Shown in pieces: positions 24,955-33,863 of a DNA stretch of 64,000 bases (the stretch's first letter is position 1; each line of letters opens with the position of its first letter). The notes beneath the pieces were generated by a model. The model was not told the DNA's origin, searched no databases, and saw only the letters and a list, made by a program, of their open reading frames with translations. Made by a program: the position numbers and the translations under genes. The DNA is taken from positions 2,843 to 66,842 of the forward strand of contig JAGPCK010000009.1 in the NCBI GenBank assembly GCA_018058135.1, in the 5' to 3' direction. The stretch is from Bacteroidia bacterium. GTDB taxonomy: Bacteria > Bacteroidota > Bacteroidia > UKL13-3.

Positions 24955-25785
24955 ATGAGATTAACATTTTGTTTAATTCTTACGTTCAATTTTTTTGCAT
25001 TGTTTGGACAAAGAACAGGGACTTTTTACTATTCTCCGGTTGGTGAATTGTGTAATAGTGATATAGCGAAGAAAAAGTGTGTGATTAATGCTTTAGATGA
25101 TAAGAATTTCAAAGAAGAAATTTATAACAGGTTTGAAAAAGAATGGAGCACGCCTAACTATTACAACACTTATGAATTCCTAACTGATTCAGTAATAATA
25201 ATCAAAACGTATGTAAATAATAGTTTACCATCCATTACCAAACGCATTTACAAAAAAATCAATGATAGTCTTTTCGCATTTACTGATTATTATAAGGATA
25301 CTGTTATTCGACAAATGGGTGAAGCTTCAAATATTTTACCGTTGATATTAAATGGGCAGGTAATAAACTATTTCAAAAATGGAAATATAAGTTGTAAAGC
25401 AAGATACAGAAATAATAGATTGATTAGTAATCAAAGTTGGAGTGAAAGCGGGGAAAAAGATGTTGAAAATGTTTTTGATTTTTATCAAGTTGAAGTGGAA
25501 CCTCAATTTAATGATGGTAAGTTAAGCGAATTTATTGGTAAGCAAATAAGTTATCCCAAAGAGGCAAGGAAGAACAACATAGCCGGACGAGTTGTAATTC
25601 AATTTATTATTATGGAAGATGGTTCGGTTGAACGTTTGAAAATCTTAAAAAGTATGCATCCTGCATTAGATGAAGAGGCCATTAGAGTTGTAAAATTGAC
25701 AAATAAGAAATGGTTGCCAGGAATTATAGATGCAATACCAGTTCGTGTGACTTTTGTTTTGCCAATTTTATTTAGCTTGGATTAA
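24955..25785 (+). CDS. TonB C-terminal-domain protein
   Basis: The C-terminal VEPQFNDGKLSEFIGKQISYPKEARKNNIAGRVVIQFIIMEDGSV...LDEEAIRVVKL..KWLPG matches the TonB_C pattern. The N-terminal part is unassigned. Confidence 0.75.
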   Translation: MRLTFCLILTFNFFALFGQRTGTFYYSPVGELCNSDIAKKKCVINALDDKNFKEEIYNRFEKEWSTPNYYNTYEFLTDSVIIIKTYVNNSLPSITKRIYKKINDSLFAFTDYYKDTVIRQMGEASNILPLILNGQVINYFKNGNISCKARYRNNRLISNQSWSESGEKDVENVFDFYQVEVEPQFNDGKLSEFIGKQISYPKEARKNNIAGRVVIQFIIMEDGSVERLKILKSMHPALDEEAIRVVKLTNKKWLPGIIDAIPVRVTFVLPILFSLD

Positions 25786-25850
25786 ATAATAACAATACAC
25801 AACACAGAGTATCAGTCATGCCTCTGCTTTGCTTACTCTGTTCATATGGA

Positions 25851-25868
25851 TTCTTTACACTTGCTTCT
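25851..25868 (+). repeat. truncated R1 element (5' end only) at the right edge of the accessory block
   Basis: TTCTTTACACTTGCTTCT matches the first about 15 nt of R1, and similarity is then lost. Confidence 0.6.
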
Positions 25869-26056
25869 AATACTCTCATTCCCAAAGCCCAGAATACTTT
25901 CCTTATCACACAGCGGATATTTCAGTTAACTGAATCAGGTTAACTATGCATTCAGTTCTGTCAACTACAAAGCGAAGCAAAATTGCCCGTAAATGTTACT
26001 TGTTTTTTCCTTTAACAAGCGCGGTAATCACTAAAAGCTTTCTTACATTTGTTTTG

Positions 26057-27553
26057 ATGAAAGTGCTTCTTTTTAACCCCCGTAGTGCCGATTACAAGTA
26101 CCGTGTGCCCATGTCTGTTTTGCAAGTAGCCGGATCTATTGAAGGTAAATATGATTGGGCAATAGTTGACGGAAACAGGGAAAATGATCCCTGGCACAAA
26201 TTAGCGGGATATTTGGATACCGGTGAGGTACAATATGTTGGTTTTACTGTGATGCCCGGCCCTCAGTTAAAGCAGGCCATACCTTTTGCTCAAAAAATTA
26301 AGGAAAAATATCCCCACATTAAAATGATTTGGGGAGGTTATTTTGCTTCCAACCAGCACAAATGTGTTTTGGAGTCGGGCTATGTGGATTATGTCATCAA
26401 CGGCCCCGGAGACTATGCTTTCCCCGCTTTGATTAACGCATTGGAAAACAACTTGCCGGTAGATGCCATTGAAAACCTTATTTATATCAAAGCAGGGGAA
26501 ATAATCAAAACACCTAAGGCCGAACTGGTAGATTATGATTTACTGCCCCCCTTGCCTTATGAAAAATTAGATAAGCTCTATTCCTTGGAGAAATATTTAG
26601 GTAAAACGTATCTGGGCACTAAAACCTTGGCTTACCACAGTAGTTTCGGTTGTCCGTTTACCTGTTCCTTTTGTGCCGTAGTGCCTATTTACGAAGCACG
26701 TTGGAAAGCAAAATCAGCACAAGGGGTTTATGATGATGTGAAATTTATCAAACAAAAATGGGGGGCTAATGCCATTGAATTTCACGACAACAACTTCTTT
26801 GTTTCTGAAAAAAGAGTGGTGGAATTTTCCAACCTGATCAAAAATGAAAACATGATTTGGTGGGGAGAGGGCCGCATTGATACCATTAACAAATACAAAG
26901 ATGAATCGCTGGCATTGATGCGTGAAGCCGGCTGCAAGATGATATTTTTTGGTGCCGAAACAGGCAATGATGAGGTGCTGAAAAAAATGGACAAAGGGGG
27001 CACGCAAACTGGTGAACAAATTGCTGCCTTTGCCGCCCGCATGAAAAAATTTGACATCATTCCCGAGTATTCTTTTGTATTGGGAACTCCGGGAGATACG
27101 CCTGAACAGGTAATGAAACAAATTGATGAAGACATTAACTTCATCAAACGCATTAAAGACATTAACCCCGATACGGAAATAATTATTTACGTATACAGTC
27201 CGGTGCCCACAGAAGGTTCTGATATGTACAATAAAGTATTGGAAAGCGGTTTCCGTTTTCCGCAAAAGCTGGGTGATTGGCTCAATAACGATTGGGCAAA
27301 TTTTGATCTGCGAAAAAATCCGCTTACTCCGTGGTTAACTCCGGAGATGATTGATAAAATCAAAAATTTCGAAACAGTATTAAATGCACATTATCCTACA
27401 GTTTCAGATATCAGGATGAGACCCTACCAGCGTACGTTGATTAAAAAACTTTCAGGTGTTCGCTACAGAAATAGTATTTACATGCTTCCGTATGAGTTGA
27501 AAGCATTGCAAAAAATATGGGGTTACCGCCAGCCGGAGATTCAGGGATTTTGA
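26057..27553 (+). CDS. B12-binding-domain radical SAM protein (paralog 1)
   Basis: N-terminal Rossmann-like B12-binding region (KVLLFNPRS...VGFTVMPGPQ...). CPFTCSFC cluster motif. The start was trimmed to ATG 26057. Confidence 0.85.
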   Translation: MKVLLFNPRSADYKYRVPMSVLQVAGSIEGKYDWAIVDGNRENDPWHKLAGYLDTGEVQYVGFTVMPGPQLKQAIPFAQKIKEKYPHIKMIWGGYFASNQHKCVLESGYVDYVINGPGDYAFPALINALENNLPVDAIENLIYIKAGEIIKTPKAELVDYDLLPPLPYEKLDKLYSLEKYLGKTYLGTKTLAYHSSFGCPFTCSFCAVVPIYEARWKAKSAQGVYDDVKFIKQKWGANAIEFHDNNFFVSEKRVVEFSNLIKNENMIWWGEGRIDTINKYKDESLALMREAGCKMIFFGAETGNDEVLKKMDKGGTQTGEQIAAFAARMKKFDIIPEYSFVLGTPGDTPEQVMKQIDEDINFIKRIKDINPDTEIIIYVYSPVPTEGSDMYNKVLESGFRFPQKLGDWLNNDWANFDLRKNPLTPWLTPEMIDKIKNFETVLNAHYPTVSDIRMRPYQRTLIKKLSGVRYRNSIYMLPYELKALQKIWGYRQPEIQGF

Positions 27554-27554
27554 T

Positions 27555-28235
27555 ATGTTCTACAAGCTGCTCCGTAAATCTGTAAATTTATTTCATCGTC
27601 CAAGGGCGTTGTTTCTCATTAGTGCTGACCGCAAGTACGAATGGAATGGATTGGAGCTGCTCATTAAAAAAGGCGTTTTTCATCCGGGATTATTTTACAG
27701 CACTAAGTTTTTGTTGCAGGTAATCCGAAAAGAAAATCTCACAGGCAAAACTTTTTTGGAGTTGGGTGCCGGTAGTGGTTTGCTCTCTTTTTATGCAGCC
27801 TCTGCAGGTGCAGTAGTTACTGCATCGGATATCAGTACAACGGCTATAGATGGTTTAAAAATAAATTTACGTCACCTGAAAGTGATGGGACACAAGCTGC
27901 AGTTACATATTTTGCAATCAGATTTATTTGACGCTATTCCAGAACAGCAGTTTGATTACATGGTAATTAACCCGCCTTATTATCCCAAAAAAGCAGGTAA
28001 TGAAGCAGAAATGGCCTGGTTTTGCGGAGAAAATTTTGAGTACTTCAGTAAATTATTTAAAGTGCTGGGTAAGTACATGCAACTAAACAGTAAAGTATTT
28101 ATGTCCTTATCAGAGGATTGTAATCTCGATAAGATTATGCAAATTGCCTCAATGAATCAACTAAAGTTAAATCTCTTTCGCAAAAAAAGAATTGGCGGAG
28201 AATTGAATTTTATATTTCAAGTAGTTAAAAACTAA
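27555..28235 (+). CDS. NPPY-motif SAM-dependent methyltransferase (HemK/PrmC-RsmC-like small-domain type)
   Basis: Motif I FLELGAGSGLLSF and motif IV VINPPYY. The start lies 1 nt after the upstream TGA. Confidence 0.8.
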   Translation: MFYKLLRKSVNLFHRPRALFLISADRKYEWNGLELLIKKGVFHPGLFYSTKFLLQVIRKENLTGKTFLELGAGSGLLSFYAASAGAVVTASDISTTAIDGLKINLRHLKVMGHKLQLHILQSDLFDAIPEQQFDYMVINPPYYPKKAGNEAEMAWFCGENFEYFSKLFKVLGKYMQLNSKVFMSLSEDCNLDKIMQIASMNQLKLNLFRKKRIGGELNFIFQVVKN

Positions 28236-29185
28236 TGAGCACGAAATCTATACTGCAAAATCAGCTTCTCAATCAACAAGAGTCAACAGTAATTGATACG
28301 CTGTTGTATTTTGATATTTTTCATTACCCTTTAACTTCACATGAAATACAGCAGTTTAGCGCAAACACGCAGATTAAAGATGAGCAGTTGCTCGAGCAGG
28401 TGCTCGATGCACTGGTAAGCAGAAAGCTAATTTATAAACTGGGCAAGTATTATTCGCTGGAAAGTGAGCATAGTCTTGTGCAAAGGCGGGAAGAAGGAAA
28501 CAGGAAGGCAGAAGAGATGATGAAAAAGGCAGTTAAATACTCTAACCTTATACATCATTTTCCCTTTGTTCGCAGCGTGTGCATTTCAGGTTCCTTGTCT
28601 AAGGGTTTTATAGATGAAAAAGGGGATGTGGATTATTTTATCATTACCACACCCAAACGTTTGTGGATTGCCCGCAGCTTGTTGATTCTGTTCAAAAAAA
28701 TAGTTCTGCTCAATAACCACAAATATTTTTGTGTCAATTATTTTGTTGATACCACTCATCTTGAGATTCCTGATAAGAATATTTTTACTGCCACAGAACT
28801 TCTTACCTTACTTCCTATGACCGGTAAAGAGATTCACCGCTCACTTATGGATAACAACCAATGGGCCTTAGCCTATCTGCCCAACTACACTAAAGAAACA
28901 GATACTAAAGAAAAGCAACATAAAAGAACAGTGAAACGCTTGTTGGAAAAACTACTGGATAATCAACTAGGTGATGCGCTTGACGATGTCTTTATGCGTT
29001 TAACCATTAAAAAGTGGCAAAATAAATTCAGACATTTTTCACAGGAGGAGTTAGAAACAGCACTCCGGTCAAGGAAATATGTCTCTAAACATCACCCACA
29101 GAATTTTCAAAAACGAGTGCTCGAAAAGTTTTCACAAAGCCGGAATCAATTTCAGCAACAGTTTAAGACTACGTTGCATGGCTGA
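28235..29185 (+). CDS. nucleotidyltransferase-fold (pol-beta-like) protein
   Basis: CISGSLSKGFIDEKGDVDYFIIT fits the G-S...D-x-D NTase pattern. The start ATG overlaps the upstream TAA (TAATG). Confidence 0.5.
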   Translation: MSTKSILQNQLLNQQESTVIDTLLYFDIFHYPLTSHEIQQFSANTQIKDEQLLEQVLDALVSRKLIYKLGKYYSLESEHSLVQRREEGNRKAEEMMKKAVKYSNLIHHFPFVRSVCISGSLSKGFIDEKGDVDYFIITTPKRLWIARSLLILFKKIVLLNNHKYFCVNYFVDTTHLEIPDKNIFTATELLTLLPMTGKEIHRSLMDNNQWALAYLPNYTKETDTKEKQHKRTVKRLLEKLLDNQLGDALDDVFMRLTIKKWQNKFRHFSQEELETALRSRKYVSKHHPQNFQKRVLEKFSQSRNQFQQQFKTTLHG

Positions 29186-30614
29186 TATCTTACTTACACA
29201 TTCTTATTTTCTTCGGTTTGATCCCAAACAATTTCGGGCGGGAACCCCTTACGCTCCGTTGGCCACCCTGTTTGCTGCTGCTGTATTAAAACAAAAGGGG
29301 TACACAGTCGCCTTCAAAGACAATATGTTCGCACAACGTGCCGATGAAACTGCACCTGTTATAGAGCAACACAGGCCTCAACTGTTTGTAATATACGATG
29401 ACGGGTTTAATTACCTTACCAAAATGTGCCTCACCAATATGCGTGATGCTGCTTTTGAAATGATACAACTGGCTAAAAAAGCCGGCTGTGTAGTGGCTAT
29501 ATCAAGCTCTGATTCAACCGACCATGCTGAGGACTATTTGAGCAAAGGAGCTGATTATGTGATTGCCGGAGAAGGGGAGCAAACACTGCTGGAGTTGGCT
29601 GATTACGTGGTGAAGAAAAACGGAAACATTGACAACATCAACGGCCTTATTTACCTGAAGAGCGGAAGTGTAGTACACACGCCAAAAAGAGAGAACCTGA
29701 GAGAGCTGGATACATTACCATTACCGGCCTGGGAGTTAATTGATATAATACCGTATAAAAAAATGTGGATGGAGCATAAAGGCTTTTTCTCCATTAATAT
29801 GGCTACTACACGAGGTTGCCCGTTTAAGTGTAACTGGTGTGCTAAGCCCATTTACGGTAATCGTTACAACTCACGTTCGCCCGAAAATGTAATCAGTGAG
29901 ATTAAACTGCTCAAAGAAAAATTTCAGATTCAACACATCTGGTTTGCCGATGATATATTTGGATTAAAGCCGGGCTGGGTAAAACATTTTGCTGAGTTGG
30001 TGCAAAAAGAAAAACTAAGCTTTAAGTTCAAGATTCAATCACGGGTTGACCTGTTACTGGAAGAAGACAATATTCGTAACTTGGCTATAGCCGGTTGTGA
30101 TGAAGTGTGGGTAGGGGCTGAAAGCGGTTCTCAAAAAATACTGGATGCTATGGATAAAGGCACCAAAGTAGAGCAAATTGAGCAGGCTACTTTGCTCATG
30201 AAACAACACCATATTCATCCCTGTTTCTTTTTACAATTTGGTTACCCGGGTGAAAATGTGGAAGACATTAAAAATACGATTTCGATGGTGGAAAAACTTT
30301 TACCACATGATATCGGTATTTCAGTTTCCTATCCGTTGCCCGGTACAAAGTTTTATGACAATGTAAAAGCCCAACTGAGCAACAAACAAAACTGGACTGA
30401 TTCGGATGAATTGCTGGTAATGTTTAAAGGCACATACCCGGCTGATTTTTACAAGCACCTGCAACGTTTGGTACATTACAAATTCAGAGCATGGAAGGCA
30501 ATAGAAGCCTGGAGAACCGCTCATAACGTTAAAAAAGTGTTATCTCTCGGATACCGCATTCCGCAAATTTGGCTGGCTCAACAGCGTGTAAAAAAACATG
30601 CAGCAATCAGCTGA
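29178..30614 (+). CDS. B12-binding-domain radical SAM protein (paralog 2)
   Basis: MADILLTHSYFLRFDPKQ... is the B12-like N-domain. CPFKCNWC cluster motif. ATGGCTGA overlaps the upstream stop. Confidence 0.85.
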   Translation: MADILLTHSYFLRFDPKQFRAGTPYAPLATLFAAAVLKQKGYTVAFKDNMFAQRADETAPVIEQHRPQLFVIYDDGFNYLTKMCLTNMRDAAFEMIQLAKKAGCVVAISSSDSTDHAEDYLSKGADYVIAGEGEQTLLELADYVVKKNGNIDNINGLIYLKSGSVVHTPKRENLRELDTLPLPAWELIDIIPYKKMWMEHKGFFSINMATTRGCPFKCNWCAKPIYGNRYNSRSPENVISEIKLLKEKFQIQHIWFADDIFGLKPGWVKHFAELVQKEKLSFKFKIQSRVDLLLEEDNIRNLAIAGCDEVWVGAESGSQKILDAMDKGTKVEQIEQATLLMKQHHIHPCFFLQFGYPGENVEDIKNTISMVEKLLPHDIGISVSYPLPGTKFYDNVKAQLSNKQNWTDSDELLVMFKGTYPADFYKHLQRLVHYKFRAWKAIEAWRTAHNVKKVLSLGYRIPQIWLAQQRVKKHAAIS

Positions 30615-30869
30615 TTCTGATGTCGGCCCGGCTTAAGAGTTTGCACACACATACATGCTGCATTGTAACCTCTCTTTCCTCTCCTGTATGTTCCTTCTCT
30701 AGTTTGAATAAAACACAGGACAAGCCCTTTTTTTCCACCTCTCCATTCATTGCCATTCCAAACGTATCCGTCTAATTGTACCGTATAATTAGGAGATAGA
30801 TTTTACGTTTACACACTTTTCCTTTTTTGCTGACTGTGCTCACCATACATTTGTACTATTCGAAAAGAA

Positions 30870-32270
30870 ATGAAAATACTATTTACCCACGGCTACTTTA
30901 TAGCAGAAGACCCGAAAGAGCAGGAGATCATGCGCCCGTATATGCCGCTGGGAATACTCTACATTTCAGCGTGGCTCGAGAAGCACGGGTACGATAATCA
31001 GGTATTCGATTCCACTTTTTCTTCTTTTGAAAATCAAAAACAAACCATACTTGCACAGCAGCCGGATATAGTGGCTGTGTACACTAACCTGATGACCAAA
31101 CTCAATGTATTGCGCCTTATTCAGTTCATAAAAAGTGAGCCCGCTCTTGCACACACTAAAATAATTTTGGGTGGACCGGAAGTGCGGAATCACGTACAGA
31201 AATTTCTGGAGCACGGGGCAGATTTTATTGTATTGGGAGAGGGTGAAGAAACCATGCTGGAGCTTACACAGTTCCTCGATGGACAGTTAAACAAGCCGGT
31301 AGCTGAAATTCCCGGTATGGCATTGCTGAACAATGCAGAGGTGCTATACACTCCTGAGCGTACTAAATTACGTGAGCTGGATAACCTGCCTTTACCTAAC
31401 CGCACCAAAGTAAATTTGCAATTGTATTTTGATGCCTGGAAATCGAAGCACGGTACCAGCGCCATATCCATTAACACCATGCGCGGTTGTCCCTACAGTT
31501 GCAAATGGTGTAGTCGTGCCGTGTACGGCCAAAGTTACCGCAGGCGCAGTGCCAAACATGTGGTAGATGAAATCGAATGGATTAAAACCAACTACAATGT
31601 AGACAGCATTTGGTTTGTAGACGATGTGTTTACCGTGAGTCACAAATGGCTTAAAGAATTTCGGGAAGAGATGGAAAGTCGGGGCATTCACTTTCCATAC
31701 GAATGCATTACACGTGCCGACAGGATGAGTGAAGAGGTGATAGATGATCTTAAAGCCACCGGTTGTTTTCGTGTGTGGATAGGAGCGGAGAGTGGCTCGC
31801 AAAAAGTGATTGACCTGATGGATCGCAGGGTAGATGTGATGCAGGTGCGTGATATGATTCGGAAAGCACAGGCCAAAGGCATACAAGCCGGAACGTTTAT
31901 CATGGTAGGTTATCCGGGAGAGACAGAGGATGATATTTTTGAAACGGTGCGTCACCTCAAAGAATCTGACCCCGATATTTTTACCATTACCGTAGCGTAC
32001 CCCATTAAAGGGACCCCATTGTATCAGGAGGTGGAGAACAACTTCATTGAGGACTTACCCTGGGAAACCTCTACCGATCGTGACATAGACTTTAAGCGTA
32101 CCTATTCACGTAAATACTACCAATACGCAGTAAATATGATTGTGAATGAGGTGAACGCTTTTAAAGCAGGTAAAAAGGGGAATTACTTAGGGATGTCGAA
32201 ACTTAAGGCTAAAGCATCCCTTGCCCGAGGTATGATGACTTTACAAAAAGTATTACCGGTGGTGGGTTAA
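30870..32270 (+). CDS. B12-binding-domain radical SAM protein (paralog 3)
   Basis: MKILFTHGYFIAEDPKEQ... N-domain. CPYSCKWC cluster motif. A GAESGSQKV block is shared with paralog 2. Confidence 0.85.
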   Translation: MKILFTHGYFIAEDPKEQEIMRPYMPLGILYISAWLEKHGYDNQVFDSTFSSFENQKQTILAQQPDIVAVYTNLMTKLNVLRLIQFIKSEPALAHTKIILGGPEVRNHVQKFLEHGADFIVLGEGEETMLELTQFLDGQLNKPVAEIPGMALLNNAEVLYTPERTKLRELDNLPLPNRTKVNLQLYFDAWKSKHGTSAISINTMRGCPYSCKWCSRAVYGQSYRRRSAKHVVDEIEWIKTNYNVDSIWFVDDVFTVSHKWLKEFREEMESRGIHFPYECITRADRMSEEVIDDLKATGCFRVWIGAESGSQKVIDLMDRRVDVMQVRDMIRKAQAKGIQAGTFIMVGYPGETEDDIFETVRHLKESDPDIFTITVAYPIKGTPLYQEVENNFIEDLPWETSTDRDIDFKRTYSRKYYQYAVNMIVNEVNAFKAGKKGNYLGMSKLKAKASLARGMMTLQKVLPVVG

Positions 32271-32323
32271 ATAACGACTCAGCTAACATAACAAATCATT
32301 TTATAAGCATATATCTTTGCACC

Positions 32324-32686
32324 ATGTCCAAAAAGACGCTCATCTTAGGTGCCACACCCAATAGTGACCGCTACGCTTACCGTGCGGCTCACATGCTTAC
32401 ACAGCATGGACACTCCATTGTGAATGTAGGAATTAAAAAGGGTGAGGTAGCCGGAGTACCCATTCTCAACGGGCATCCTGAAGTAGATGAGGTAGACAGT
32501 GTAACACTTTACATTGGTCCGGATAAACAACAAGACTATGAAGACTACATTCTTTCCCTGAAACCCAAGCGGGTTATTTTTAACCCGGGAACGGAGAATG
32601 CGGCTTTTGAGACGAAACTTGAACAACACGGTGTACAGGCATTGGAAGCCTGCACGTTGGTATTATTAAGCACAGGAAATTATTAA
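32324..32686 (+). CDS. CoA-binding domain protein (YccU-like)
   Basis: KTLILGATPNSDRYAYRAAHML..HGHSIVNVG. 120 aa. Confidence 0.75.
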   Translation: MSKKTLILGATPNSDRYAYRAAHMLTQHGHSIVNVGIKKGEVAGVPILNGHPEVDEVDSVTLYIGPDKQQDYEDYILSLKPKRVIFNPGTENAAFETKLEQHGVQALEACTLVLLSTGNY

Positions 32687-32690
32687 ACAA

Positions 32691-33221
32691 ATGAAGCGCA
32701 TACACGCAGTTAAACTTTTTATTGCAGTACTCAGTACGACACTCTTTTTCGCTTGCACCTCACCCAAAGATGAGGCTTTGCACAAAATCAAAAAGATTGA
32801 AGACAGCGATTCAACACTCAACAACCCCGCCTTGTTGGAAGAACTCACCGCTATGTACGTTGATTTTATTGCGAAATACCCCAAGGACCCCAACACGTGT
32901 GATTTTACGTTTAAAGCGGCTGAATCGTACCACATGCTCAGCAAGTTTGATGATGCCATAGGTATGTACGATGTATTTGCTAAAAATTACAGCAAAGACA
33001 AACGTGCTGAACATGCCTTATTTATGAAAGCTTTTGTGCAGGAAAACGGTTTGCAACAATTTGCCAAAGCCCGAAGCGATTACGAAGAATTTTTAAAAAA
33101 GTATCCAAACGGAGAACTGGCTGATGATGCCCGAGCTGCTTTAAACCTGATTGGCAAAAGTGATGAAGACATCATTAAGTTTTTGAAAGAGAAGGAAGCC
33201 TCAGGCGATTCAACTATGTAA
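32691..33221 (+). CDS. TPR-like lipoprotein
   Basis: Signal plus Cys (TLFFAC). Helical-repeat composition (YKLE..A...Y..F...YP-type blocks). Confidence 0.5.
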   Translation: MKRIHAVKLFIAVLSTTLFFACTSPKDEALHKIKKIEDSDSTLNNPALLEELTAMYVDFIAKYPKDPNTCDFTFKAAESYHMLSKFDDAIGMYDVFAKNYSKDKRAEHALFMKAFVQENGLQQFAKARSDYEEFLKKYPNGELADDARAALNLIGKSDEDIIKFLKEKEASGDSTM

Positions 33222-33226
33222 ATGTT

Positions 33227-33766
33227 ATGATAAGGTCTGCCTGCATTCTTTTTGTTTTTTGGAGTGTTATCAGTACACAAAGCAGTGCACAGATCTATGC
33301 AGCTCCCGGTATTTCTTTCGGTTATTGTTTTACCAGCAGAGGCATAGTAGCCGGGTTGGAATGTGATGTGGCACTCAGCCAGGGCCGCACAACAGAAGAC
33401 CAGTTGAACAAAGGTGTTTCTTTTGCCTACTCCTGGATTATGATTCGTAAAAACCGCAGGAGAGATATTCACCATTTGCGTAGTGTTAGTTTAATGATGG
33501 AAACCCGAACCCTGGATGTAAAAGCCGGTTGGGGCAGCATGCGAAAGCCTTGCGGTCATTCAGGCAACAAGAGTGCTTGCCGGGTAGGAGGTTTATGCTT
33601 AGATGTGAGTATGGGCGGCAGCAATTACAACTTTTTTAGGGGTGGAGTAAAAGGGTTTATTTACAACCGCACCAACTGGAATTGGTTTGATGCTCCTTAC
33701 CTTTCTGTTTACACAAAATATAAAAATGATTTAGGCCGCTCAGGTTTTCTAAAACCACTTAACTAA
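33227..33766 (+). CDS. hypothetical secreted protein
   Basis: Signal peptide ending SSAQ. No recognised domain. Confidence 0.4.
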   Translation: MIRSACILFVFWSVISTQSSAQIYAAPGISFGYCFTSRGIVAGLECDVALSQGRTTEDQLNKGVSFAYSWIMIRKNRRRDIHHLRSVSLMMETRTLDVKAGWGSMRKPCGHSGNKSACRVGGLCLDVSMGGSNYNFFRGGVKGFIYNRTNWNWFDAPYLSVYTKYKNDLGRSGFLKPLN

Positions 33767-33863
33767 TAGGTTCTTCGAGCACTTCTGGTGCTTCACCTGA
33801 AACATCCTTGTTAGGTTCATTTGAAAAAACAGGCATTCCAAATGTTCATCGCAATAGAGTTTA

